Source of the DNA: Poseidonia sp.
GTDB lineage: Archaea > Thermoplasmatota > Poseidoniia > Poseidoniales > Poseidoniaceae
Direction of reading: 5' to 3'
Assembly: GCA_040261535.1 (NCBI GenBank)
Contig: JBDQNU010000001.1
Location: 75,109-139,108, forward strand
Length of the DNA: 64,000 nucleotides
Shown here: piece by piece, positions 9,847 to 18,147 of the stretch
How positions within the stretch are numbered: the first letter of the stretch is position 1
Layout: every line of letters starts with the position of its first letter
The notes under the pieces: model-generated
Seen by the model: only the letters and a program-made list of their open reading frames with translations
Told to the model about the DNA's origin: nothing
Databases searched by the model: none
Made by a program: the position numbers and the translations under genes

Positions 9847-10993
9847 CGATGCCGGAGGCGATTTGGCGGGCCGTCATTGGCTTTTCAGCCACCCATTGCT
9901 GCTCAAAGAGCGTCTTGAGGTCCTCTTCGTCTTGGGCCGTTGGGAGATGGTTGGCCACGTAGGTGTTCCACTCATCATCGGAGCCCTCGAAGGGGGTTCC
10001 TTCGACGGTGTAGCGTTGGCGCTTGAAGGCACCGATTTCTCGGTTGAAGTTCTCGTGAGGTACGTAGAGCGGAACAGCGCCTTCGGGCAAGTAGCCGCAG
10101 AGTTTCTTGACTTCGGCCACGATCTCTTCGTGGTAATGCTGGCGGGCCTCTTCGTTGAGGTTTTCCTTGGACACCTCAACATCGGCTTCGAGTTTCTTGC
10201 GCTCGTCCCAGCGTCCCTTAATTCCCCAGACGTACGCCCAGTGAGCGGATGAGGATTCATCCACGCCGAACAGGTCGTGGGCGGTTGAAACCCACTTGTT
10301 GATGTAGCGCTGAAGCATGTCGAGGGGAATCACACCGGCTTTGATGATGCGACGCAGGCCGTTGGAACCTGTTCCCAGGTGGAAGGACTCTTCTTTCAGC
10401 ATGGGGCCCATGCTTGCTGCAAGGGGCTTGAACGCCGAGGTGGAGAGCATGCCGAGCTGGAACTTTCCGTCACGGTCCACGAACATGGTGTAGCAGAAGA
10501 AATCCAGCCAGTGAGGCATGGGGCGGTTGAAGGCGCCCAAGAGGCGGTCGCCGTCCTGAGCGTTGCGCTCGAGCAACTTTTGTGCCTCGCGCCGTCCTTG
10601 TTGCCCGAAGTAGGTCATCAGCAAGTAGGCCATCTGCCAGCCGTGGCGCTGTTCTTCCGCCATGATGCGGGCAGCGGCGTATCGGTCGTAATCGGTGGGT
10701 GCGGTTGCCAGAAGGTGGCGTTGTTGTTCGACCGAAGCGAATTCCGTGTCGCCTTGAACGGTGATCATGCTCACGAGCGCATCTCGCATGCTCTGATGAG
10801 GCACTTGGAGCGAGCGCTCCCATTTTGCACGGCCTTCGTAGTCGCCGAACTCGATAACGTCGCCAGCGCGCTCCCAATCGAATTGGATGGAGAGGTCGAA
10901 ATCGCCCATCCATTCGCGCTTGTAGCCGACGTTGTCTTGCCAGGCTTTGAAATTTTCAATCCAGTCGTCCCAGGTCTTCGGAAGGTTGTCCAT
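9833..10993 (-). CDS. Ferritin-like diiron oxygenase related to benzoyl-CoA oxygenase component B (BoxB)
   Basis: 386 aa. The segments ITVQGDTEFASVEQQRHL, AEEQRHGWQMAYLL, FVDRDGKFQLGMLS and MLKEESFHLGTG closely resemble BoxB segments as I recall them (VTQGDTEPASVEQQRHL, DRDGKFQL). Two ExxH diiron motifs are present. Confidence 0.75.
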   Translation of the reverse strand: MDNLPKTWDDWIENFKAWQDNVGYKREWMGDFDLSIQFDWERAGDVIEFGDYEGRAKWERSLQVPHQSMRDALVSMITVQGDTEFASVEQQRHLLATAPTDYDRYAAARIMAEEQRHGWQMAYLLMTYFGQQGRREAQKLLERNAQDGDRLLGAFNRPMPHWLDFFCYTMFVDRDGKFQLGMLSTSAFKPLAASMGPMLKEESFHLGTGSNGLRRIIKAGVIPLDMLQRYINKWVSTAHDLFGVDESSSAHWAYVWGIKGRWDERKKLEADVEVSKENLNEEARQHYHEEIVAEVKKLCGYLPEGAVPLYVPHENFNREIGAFKRQRYTVEGTPFEGSDDEWNTYVANHLPTAQDEEDLKTLFEQQWVAEKPMTARQIASGIGASV

Positions 10994-11051
10994 GGCGGGA
11001 TGATGCCGGGGACCTCCTTATACCCTTTACGAACATGTTCGGCCGAACATG

Positions 11052-11675
11052 TTAGGGGCTCTGGCGCCGAATCTCGTCCGTAAAGGCGTTGAACACCGCT
11101 GATTCAATGCGTTGCAACTGGTTGGAGAGGGTCGATTTTGCAACCTCGAGCAGGCCTGCCAGTTCGGTGAGGTTGATTCGGCGAGGGACGTCCCAGTAGC
11201 CTTCTCGCGAGGCGATTTCAAACACTTCCCGTTGACGAACGGTGAGCAAGCGTGAAGTCGTGCTGCGCGTGGAAAGCAAGCGATGGGGGATTTCATCCGA
11301 ACGAAAGCGGTTGACGAGGGTTCGCATCTGTTCTCGGCTTCCCTCGACGGTCCACTCAACCCACCCGTCCCGAACTTCAAACGGGGTTCGAGGCACCACG
11401 CCGAGATCCACCAGAGGGCGAAGAAAACCTCCGCCACCGGCTGAAATCGTGACGCTGAAGCGCCCGTCCTCAAGAGGGACGCACTCATCGATGCCGTCGT
11501 GTTGTTCGACGGTCGAATGTACCCCTTCGCTGCTCCAACACCGAGCGGTTCCACGCCCTCGGCTGAGCGGCATGTGTTGCTCGATGCGAAGGGTCGCAGA
11601 GGGGTGCGTTCGGGTGACATCACCCGCCCAATGGCCTTCAGGGAGGCGAACATCCAACCGCAGTTGCTGGGCCAT
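11052..11675 (-). CDS. HTH_10 (bacterio-opsin activator-type) transcriptional regulator
   Basis: The C-terminal LTVRQREVFEIASREGYWDVPRRINLTELAGLLEVAKSTLSNQLQRIESAV matches the HTH_10 pattern (LTxRQxEvL..A...GYfd.PR). It lies directly upstream of, and co-directional with, the BoxB-like operon. Confidence 0.7.
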   Translation of the reverse strand: MAQQLRLDVRLPEGHWAGDVTRTHPSATLRIEQHMPLSRGRGTARCWSSEGVHSTVEQHDGIDECVPLEDGRFSVTISAGGGGFLRPLVDLGVVPRTPFEVRDGWVEWTVEGSREQMRTLVNRFRSDEIPHRLLSTRSTTSRLLTVRQREVFEIASREGYWDVPRRINLTELAGLLEVAKSTLSNQLQRIESAVFNAFTDEIRRQSP

Positions 11676-11690
11676 GCTTTCGCCTCGTCA

Positions 11691-12644
11691 TCACAGGGGT
11701 CGTTCTCGTTCCGAGCGCACCACGGTTTTGCCAGCGACGTCGATGAGTTCGTTGAACGTGGTCGTGTGGGTGGCGCCCACGTTCACGCCCGGCAAATAGC
11801 CGTCGCACACGCCGGAGGCGGCGAAGATGGCATCCTCGCTCTTGCACAGGTCGTGAGCTTTCCACAATCGGGTGAGGTCGTCCCCAACCATCGTGCCGGC
11901 TCGTGCTTCCTCTTCGGGTGAACGGAACACAAGACGACCCTCAAACATCCCGCCCACGCCCCGAATGGCCGTGGCGGAAATGACGCCTTCGGGTGCAGCC
12001 CCGATGCCCATCAGCATATCGAACGGACCGTCGTCTTTGGCCGCCCAAATGGCACCTGACACGTCCCCGTCCCCGAGCAGGTCCAGTTGGGCGCCGGTTG
12101 CCTTGATCTCAGCGAACAGGTCACGATGGCGCTCCCGGTCGAGGGCGACGATGCGCACCTCTTCGGCAGGACGGTCAAGCACATGCATCGCCTGTTCCAC
12201 GTTGTAGGCGACCCCACCTTCCAGGGCGACGTGGTCGGCCAAGAGCGGTCCAGCTGCCAGCTTGTCCATGTAACAATCCGGGGCGTGGAGCAGGGTGCCG
12301 CGGGGTGCTGCGGCAAGCACGGCGATGGAGTTGGGCAAGTTGTCGGCGCAATTGTTGGTGCATTCGAGCGGGTCGACGGCAATGTCGATGCGCGTAGCGT
12401 CAGGGTGGCCGACCATGGACCCGAGGGGCTCACCGATGTAGAGCATCGGCGCTTCGTCTCGTTCGCCCTCACCGATGGCGACACGACCATCAAACGGCAC
12501 GGCGTCAAAGGTGCGGCGCATGGCTTCTACGGCTGCATCGTCGGCTGCGTTTTTGTCCCCCTTGCCCCGCCATGCTGCGCTGGCGATGGCTGCCTGGTCA
12601 ACGGCTTCGAGAAAGTGGTGAGCAAGGTCGGCAGTGGTGCCCAT
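11691..12644 (-). CDS. glpX: Class II fructose-1,6-bisphosphatase (GlpX type)
   Basis: 317 aa. Motifs AAWRGKGDKNAADDAAVEAMR, VAIGEGERDEAPMLYIGE and IDIAVDPLECTN. Confidence 0.85.
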   Translation of the reverse strand: MGTTADLAHHFLEAVDQAAIASAAWRGKGDKNAADDAAVEAMRRTFDAVPFDGRVAIGEGERDEAPMLYIGEPLGSMVGHPDATRIDIAVDPLECTNNCADNLPNSIAVLAAAPRGTLLHAPDCYMDKLAAGPLLADHVALEGGVAYNVEQAMHVLDRPAEEVRIVALDRERHRDLFAEIKATGAQLDLLGDGDVSGAIWAAKDDGPFDMLMGIGAAPEGVISATAIRGVGGMFEGRLVFRSPEEEARAGTMVGDDLTRLWKAHDLCKSEDAIFAASGVCDGYLPGVNVGATHTTTFNELIDVAGKTVVRSERERPL

Positions 12645-12695
12645 GGGCTAAAGGAGCCACATCGCATGAATGAACCCAACGGTTGTTGCGTTTGG

Positions 12696-13307
12696 TTATG
12701 CTTCGGGTTGAGCGTAGTGAAACACCTTTGCAGTGATCACCATCAACACGAGAATTTTTGCTGCGTCCCATACCAAAAATGGGCGTGTTCCCCAGGCGAA
12801 GGCCTGCTCGATTCCCACACCGTAGGCCATGGAAAGCCACCACGTGCCTGCAAGGTACACAGGAAGCATGGCCGCTGACCAGCACATCATTTGCGCAGGT
12901 AGGTCGGCCATGCCTTTGCGATGGGAGCGGTCCAAGCCCTCAGCGACCAGGGCCGAGGCGACGGGGAAGGCCAACAGGTAGCCGGCCGAGGGAATGAGCT
13001 GTCCACCTTCCACGATTCCGCTGGCTCCACCTGCAAAGAACGGTGCGCCTGCCGCTCCCAATCCAACGTAGACAAGACCGGAAAGGAAGGCGTCGTTCCG
13101 ACGCAGGTAGACGCCCGTGATCAACACGCCCATCGTCTGAAACGTGTACGGGACAGGGCTCCAAGGGGTGAGGAATGAAAATTGAGCCAACAATGCGGTG
13201 AGTCCAGCAAAGAACAACACGCCCACTGCACGGCTGTTGAGGTTGGCCTCCATTTTTCGAAACAGTGCATGGTGAGAACGCCAAGCGGTCATGCTGGTTA
13301 CTTCCAT
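12696..13307 (-). CDS. bioY: Biotin transporter BioY
   Basis: 203 aa, ~6 TM. Motifs PYTFQTMGVLITG, GAAGAPFFAGGASG and GYLLAFPVASALV. Confidence 0.8.
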   Translation of the reverse strand: MEVTSMTAWRSHHALFRKMEANLNSRAVGVLFFAGLTALLAQFSFLTPWSPVPYTFQTMGVLITGVYLRRNDAFLSGLVYVGLGAAGAPFFAGGASGIVEGGQLIPSAGYLLAFPVASALVAEGLDRSHRKGMADLPAQMMCWSAAMLPVYLAGTWWLSMAYGVGIEQAFAWGTRPFLVWDAAKILVLMVITAKVFHYAQPEA

Positions 13308-13330
13308 GCCGTAAAGGTCCAGTTTGACTC

Positions 13331-13798
13331 TTATTGTCGTTCCGCAATGTACCCCTTGTGTTTGTCCAGCACACGCAGGCCTTCAATCAAGGCGGTTGGG
13401 TATTGACCGTCCTCGTCCTTTTCGAGGGATTTGACCATGTCAAAGGCACACAGCAGTGCAGCGGCCACGCCGGTCAACGCTTCCATTTCGATGCCGGTTT
13501 TGTAGTGTGCCGCCACCTCGACCGTGCAGCAGAGATGGGTGTCTTCCCACCGCCAATCCACGCTGGTCCCTTCGAGTGGGATGGGATGGCAGTGAGGAAT
13601 GATGCGAGGGGTGTCCTTTACGGCTTGCAATGCGGCGATGGTGGAGGCCTCCAACACGTCGCCTTTCTTGATCGAACCTTCCACAATGGCCGTTTTGGTG
13701 GCGGGTTGGAGTCTCAGGCGCCCCTCGGCCACAGCTCTTCGTTCAACCACCGGTTTGTGGCCGATCTCAACAATGCCTTCGATGCTCTTTTCGCTCAA
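13331..13798 (-). CDS. moaC: Cyclic pyranopterin monophosphate synthase MoaC
   Basis: Motifs IPHCHPIPLEG and TGIEMEALTGVAAALLCAFDMVK. The start is proposed at TTG (13798) with GGAGGG upstream, overlapping the moaE stop (TTGA). This gives a typical 155-aa MoaC. The track ATG at 13849 would overlap moaE by 55 nt. Confidence 0.85.
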   Translation of the reverse strand: MSEKSIEGIVEIGHKPVVERRAVAEGRLRLQPATKTAIVEGSIKKGDVLEASTIAALQAVKDTPRIIPHCHPIPLEGTSVDWRWEDTHLCCTVEVAAHYKTGIEMEALTGVAAALLCAFDMVKSLEKDEDGQYPTALIEGLRVLDKHKGYIAERQ

Positions 13799-14229
13799 CC
13801 CAAGCCCTCCTTCCAGGTCTCCCCTTCGGATGTGACCTCCTTCTTCCATATGGGTGCTTGCTTCTTCAATTCGTCAATCAACCACGCACATGCTTGGAAG
13901 GCCTCTTTTCGATGCGGGCTTCCAACATGAATGGCCACGATGGGTTCCTGCGGGCCGACCGAACCGGTGCGATGCGCCATCGCCACGGCCCGGACGCCAA
14001 ACGCCTCGATGGCTTCTTCCGCAAGCCGTTGAAGCACGGGTTTGAGTTTGTCCTGCCAGGCGTCGAATTCGAGGCGGTGCACTTGGGCGCCCCCTTCGGT
14101 TTCGCGAGTGATGCCGAGAAAACTCACGACGGCCCCGCAGCCCATGGTTGGAAGACGGGCCAACAACTTCTGAGGTTCGAGGTCCGATTCGGCTTCTTCA
14201 ACCACCACGATACCCGACATGAAACGCAC
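13795..14229 (-). CDS. moaE: Molybdopterin synthase catalytic subunit MoaE
   Basis: 144 aa. Motifs GAVVSFLGITRE, HRTGSVGPQEPIVAIHVGSPHRKEAF and ELKKQAPIWKKE. Confidence 0.85.
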   Translation of the reverse strand: MRFMSGIVVVEEAESDLEPQKLLARLPTMGCGAVVSFLGITRETEGGAQVHRLEFDAWQDKLKPVLQRLAEEAIEAFGVRAVAMAHRTGSVGPQEPIVAIHVGSPHRKEAFQACAWLIDELKKQAPIWKKEVTSEGETWKEGLG

Positions 14230-14272
14230 GACAACAACACATCATTCAAACCTCACGCCTCCATGGGGGTTC

Positions 14273-15529
14273 ATGGCCGCCTCCCGTGAAACCAGCCCGC
14301 CCGTCCACATCATGGGCGCTGGGCTTTCGGGTCTTGCTGCGGCCATCGTGCTTGCAAAAGCGGGTAAAGAGGTCCACGTCCACGACATTCGAGAGGACTC
14401 AGGGGCCCGATTTGACGGTGATTTTCAAGCCCTCGAAAATTGGAGCATGGACGACGACTTCTTTGACCAACTTGGCGCTTGGGGCCTGGACGCTTCGTCG
14501 TTCAAAGCGACCGAATTCAGCACCGTTGACCTCATCCATCCCGATGACACCATCACCCAAGCCCGCACACAGGGCGCTGCTTACCGGATCGTGGAGCGAG
14601 GTACGTCCTCCCACACCATTGACCAAGGCTTCAAACGCCAAGCGGAAGAAGCGGGTGTTCAGATTCATTACAAGTCTCGGGTGAAGGAAGAGGACTGCAC
14701 CGTCATCGCCTGCGGACCGAAGGGTACATCGGCCGTTGCTTACGGCGAAATTTTCTCCACCGACCATCCCAATCACATCGCTTTCCAACTCAACGATAAA
14801 CTCGCACCGGGGTCGTACTCCTACTTGATCATCATCGACGGCGTCGGCCTCATCTGCACGTGTTTGTGGCGAAAGCAGCGCAAGAGCGAACGTTTCCTGA
14901 ACGAAACCATCGCCTGGTACGAACGCCACTATCCAAACCTGAATCGCACCCCCATCAAACGGGTCGGTGGAAAAGGCGACTTCACCATCAATCGAAGGTA
15001 CAAACAAGACGGCCGGTACTACGTTGGCGAATCCGGGGGCCTTCAGGACTTCATGTGGGGTTTCGGCATGCGAATGGCGGTCTGGTCGGGTGTGCTTGCT
15101 GCCCGCGACATCCTTGGTGAAGGCGATTACGAGCGTGATGTACGCCGTCATTTGATGCCCTACGTTCGCACCAGCGTCGCCAATCGGTGGCTCATGAACC
15201 GGGTCGGCGACCGCACCTTCAAGCGCATGTGCAAGGCTTGGATGAAGGACCAAGAGAAACGCGGTGACGGTCTTGTTTGGATCGGGAAACTCTTCCGCCC
15301 CACGCTGTTCAAGGGGCTGTTGTATCGCGTGGTGAGTCCGTTCATGCTCAAAAGTGATCCCAAGGCCATGGGTCGTGGGGTTCGGAGAATGCCGTTCCGA
15401 CCGGCCCTTTCCCGCGACGTTTGGGAGCCCTCGGAGGAAGCCAAGGCCATTGGACTGCAATGGGACACCGTTCGCCGCGGTGGTGGCCACGTGTCGTTCT
15501 CAAACGATAGCGAGAGCGACGGTCAGTAG
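14273..15529 (+). CDS. FAD-dependent oxidoreductase (FixC/geranylgeranyl-reductase-like)
   Basis: N-terminal dinucleotide fold VHIMGAGLSGLAAAIVLAKAGKEVHVHD. The start is set at 14273 (MAASRE...) because the ATG at 14219 would overlap the divergent moaE start. Confidence 0.7.
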   Translation: MAASRETSPPVHIMGAGLSGLAAAIVLAKAGKEVHVHDIREDSGARFDGDFQALENWSMDDDFFDQLGAWGLDASSFKATEFSTVDLIHPDDTITQARTQGAAYRIVERGTSSHTIDQGFKRQAEEAGVQIHYKSRVKEEDCTVIACGPKGTSAVAYGEIFSTDHPNHIAFQLNDKLAPGSYSYLIIIDGVGLICTCLWRKQRKSERFLNETIAWYERHYPNLNRTPIKRVGGKGDFTINRRYKQDGRYYVGESGGLQDFMWGFGMRMAVWSGVLAARDILGEGDYERDVRRHLMPYVRTSVANRWLMNRVGDRTFKRMCKAWMKDQEKRGDGLVWIGKLFRPTLFKGLLYRVVSPFMLKSDPKAMGRGVRRMPFRPALSRDVWEPSEEAKAIGLQWDTVRRGGGHVSFSNDSESDGQ

Positions 15530-15579
15530 CAAGAAACACCAGCGATTTCTTCTTAATGCCCGCCCTTGTGGGCGGAGAT

Positions 15580-16446
15580 ATGAGCGACCTCTATGGATTG
15601 AAACTCGAGCCCATGCCCAACCGTCTTGTCAATTACGGTGTAACCGAGAACGGTATCGCCGTGATCGAACTGACCTCGGACTCCGCTGGTGCTCCACTCG
15701 AAGGCCCCAACGACCGCTCGCCCAACACCTACACCCACGGCATGATGCGGGACATCGACGAGGCCATCGTCCGTGCCCGCTTTGACGACGACGTCACCTG
15801 CATCGTCCTCACCGGCAACGGAGCCTCGTTCTTCTCGGCAGGCGCATCCATTCAGATGCTCAACAGCGTGACGCCCGGTTTCAAGTACAACTTCTGTCTT
15901 CACGCCAACGAGACCCTCTCCCGGCTTGAGCAAACACCGAAGCTCGTCGTTTGTGCCATCAACGGCCACGCCGTTGGTGGAGGTCTGGAAATCGCCATGG
16001 CGGCCGATATCCGCATCGCTCGGAAGAACTCCGGCAAAGTCGGCCTTCCTGAAATCAACCTCGGTGTCCTCGCAGGAACCGGCGGTACGGCTCGCCTCAC
16101 CCGTCTCATCGGCAAGGCCAAGGCCTTGGAAATGATGGTGACCGGAGAACTCATGTCCTTTGAGGACGCCCACGCTCACAACCTCATCAACCACATCTGG
16201 GAAGGCGATGCAGATGATTTCCGCCGGGACATTTTGGACTGGTGTTCTCAGTTTACGCTGCCCAACAAGGCCGTGAAAGCCGTTGGAAACATCAAGCGGT
16301 CATGTCAAACGGGCCCCGAAATCCCCTTCGAATACCATCTTGCCCTTGAGCGTGAACTCCAAGCTGCTCTCTTCAACAGCAGCGATGCAAAGGAAGGCAT
16401 CGCAGCGTACGTCGAGAAGCGTGTGGCCAACTTCACCGGTGAATGA
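15580..16446 (+). CDS. Enoyl-CoA hydratase/isomerase family protein
   Basis: Motifs FFSAGASIQML and INGHAVGGGLEIAMAADIRIA. The start ATG at 15580 is preceded by GGAG. The track start at 15556 lies inside a short hairpin (CCGCCC-ttgt-GGGCGG). Confidence 0.85.
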   Translation: MSDLYGLKLEPMPNRLVNYGVTENGIAVIELTSDSAGAPLEGPNDRSPNTYTHGMMRDIDEAIVRARFDDDVTCIVLTGNGASFFSAGASIQMLNSVTPGFKYNFCLHANETLSRLEQTPKLVVCAINGHAVGGGLEIAMAADIRIARKNSGKVGLPEINLGVLAGTGGTARLTRLIGKAKALEMMVTGELMSFEDAHAHNLINHIWEGDADDFRRDILDWCSQFTLPNKAVKAVGNIKRSCQTGPEIPFEYHLALERELQAALFNSSDAKEGIAAYVEKRVANFTGE

Positions 16447-17393
16447 AACGGTCTCGGGTGCTGAGGATGACCGAGTTTCATGTTCCTGCTGACGTTCCCG
16501 ATGAACTCATCGAGACGTACCTTGACAACTTGCGTGCAGCAACCGCTGGAACCGGTTCAATGAACCTGTTTGCATGCGATCAAAAAATCGAACACCTGAA
16601 CGACGACTTCTACGACGGAGGGGTGAAGATTCCCCTTTCGTCCAACGATCCCGGACACTTGTTTGAAATCGGGGCGCGAGCGCACGCTGACGGCACCATC
16701 GGTGTCCTCGCTGGTCAGTGCGGTCTCATCGCTCAGTACGCTCGTGACCATCCCGATGTGCCTTACCTCGTCAAGTTGAACTCAAAATCCCACCTCGTCA
16801 AGACCGCTCAGCGCGACCCCATCAGCCAAGCGTTGTGGGACATGGACGACGTCATGTCCTTGGTTCACAACGGCATCAACGTGGTCGGTATCGGCTACAC
16901 CGTCTACATCGGGAGCGAGTACGAACACGAAATGTTGACCGAGGCCGCTCAGTTCATCCGTCAGGCCCACGAACTCGGTATGATCTCCGTCGTGTGGATG
17001 TACCCGCGCGGTCAAGCCGTCACCGACGAGAAAGACCCGCAACTCATCTCGGGCGCAGCCGGCGTTGCAAGTTGCATTGGCGCTGACTTTGCCAAGGTGA
17101 ACTACCCGCGTGCCTGGGAGGGCATGACGCAGGCCGAGTCGCTCAAGGTCGCTGTTGAGGCTGCTGGGCGAACCGGTATCATCTGCTCGGGCGGAGGTTC
17201 GCTGCCAGCTCGGGACTTCCTCCAGCGACTTCACGACCAAATGGCCGTCTCGGGTTGCCGAGGCGCAGCAACCGGTCGAAACATTCACCAAAAGACGACC
17301 GAAGAAGCGGTTCGGATGACGGCCGCATGTCATGCCATCATCTGTGAGGGTGCATCCGTTGACGAAGCGATGGCCATTTTCGAAGGTCAGTGA
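16443..17393 (+). CDS. Class I aldolase of the DhnA/FbaB family (fructose-bisphosphate aldolase-like)
   Basis: Motifs YLVKLNSKSHL, VVGIGYTVYIGSEYE, AHELGMISVVWMYPRG, GADFAKVNYP and GAATGRNIHQ parallel E. coli FbaB segments as I recall them. ATGA overlap with the upstream crotonase gene. Confidence 0.75.
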   Translation: MKRSRVLRMTEFHVPADVPDELIETYLDNLRAATAGTGSMNLFACDQKIEHLNDDFYDGGVKIPLSSNDPGHLFEIGARAHADGTIGVLAGQCGLIAQYARDHPDVPYLVKLNSKSHLVKTAQRDPISQALWDMDDVMSLVHNGINVVGIGYTVYIGSEYEHEMLTEAAQFIRQAHELGMISVVWMYPRGQAVTDEKDPQLISGAAGVASCIGADFAKVNYPRAWEGMTQAESLKVAVEAAGRTGIICSGGGSLPARDFLQRLHDQMAVSGCRGAATGRNIHQKTTEEAVRMTAACHAIICEGASVDEAMAIFEGQ

Positions 17394-17422
17394 ACCCTAG
17401 GTTGAAACACCGGTTGTTTCAC

Positions 17423-17455
17423 GAATCCTGTCCTTGGGATTCCTGCTCAATTTTT
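17423..17455 (+). terminator. Hairpin plus T5 tract downstream of the aldolase gene
   Basis: GAATCC (17423-17428) pairs with GGATTC (17437-17442) and is followed by TTTTT (17451-17455). A second hairpin, GAAACA-ccggt-TGTTTC, lies at 17404-17420. Confidence 0.4.
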
Positions 17456-17497
17456 CGCAGTTGAACTGGATTGGTAACTGAACAGGTGATTCAATAT

Positions 17498-17515
17498 TGA
17501 CCGAACCATCGGTCA
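17498..17515 (-). terminator. Perfect 7-bp hairpin downstream of the small winged-helix gene
   Basis: TGACCGA-acca-TCGGTCA, located 39 nt past the stop of the minus-strand gene, in a convergent intergenic region. Confidence 0.35.
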
Positions 17516-17553
17516 GCGAGAGATTTTCCCGTGGTGGGGTTTGAATGAGGGGC

Positions 17554-17877
17554 TCAGAGCTTCTCGTCAGCGTTGGTCATGAAGTTGCCTTCGCTGTCAA
17601 CGATGATGGGGGTCCCTTCGATCCACTCTGGGCAGTTTTCGGAAACCCAGTCTCGAGTGGCCCATTCGCAAATGTCGTAGCCTCCGGAGAGGATGCCGGA
17701 GCGCTTGATGTAGCCGACCTTCACGATGTCCTTGTCTTTGGACAGCACGTTGCCGAGTTGTTGGCTGGTCGTTCCATGACGCATCGTGCTGTTGATGTGT
17801 TCGAGAATTTCAGCGGTGTTGCGTGGGCGATCGCCCAGAAATTTCTTGATTTTTTCACGGATGCGTGTTGTTTTCAT
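17554..17877 (-). CDS. Small winged-helix-like protein (hypothetical)
   Basis: 107 aa. IREKIKKFLGDRPRNTAEILEHIN...SQQLGNVLSKDKDIVKVG has a wHTH-like helix-turn-helix-wing pattern. It is flanked on both sides by AT-rich intergenic DNA. Confidence 0.55.
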   Translation of the reverse strand: MKTTRIREKIKKFLGDRPRNTAEILEHINSTMRHGTTSQQLGNVLSKDKDIVKVGYIKRSGILSGGYDICEWATRDWVSENCPEWIEGTPIIVDSEGNFMTNADEKL

Positions 17878-18147
17878 TGTTCTTTCCTCCTGTCATTGAA
17901 CGGCTTGTCTCGTTGGAGATGTGCCGCTGACTCCAAGGAGCGAGGCCGCTGATATAATGGTTCCTCCGCCGACCAACGAATTGGTTACGGTTAGTGAACA
18001 AATATCGGTGTAAATCGCACACTATGGGTGGTGAAAGTAAGTTATTTTTGACAGTTCCACCGGAAATATGTAACTTATTGTAACTAATTAATTCTGAGAG
18101 TTCAAGTTTTATCTACGATGAACCGTTGGGCGGTTTGAAGGTGACTG
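17878..18147. promoter_or_regulatory. AT-rich divergent promoter/control region with repeated motifs
   Basis: This 270-bp spacer lies between divergent wHTH genes. It holds the dyad GTTCCACCGGAAA (18054-18066) flanked by GTAAGTTATT (18037-18046), GTAACTTATT (18070-18079) and GTAACTAATT (18080-18089). GC is much lower than in the surroundings. Confidence 0.4.

Noticed and set aside
14399-15490. 363-aa minus-strand ORF antisense to the FAD oxidoreductase; likewise 58388-59869 (+) antisense to the M28 peptidase and 43741-44547 (-) antisense to TatD
   Set aside because: They have no motifs and biased low-complexity composition. The opposite strand carries recognisable enzyme signatures in each case.
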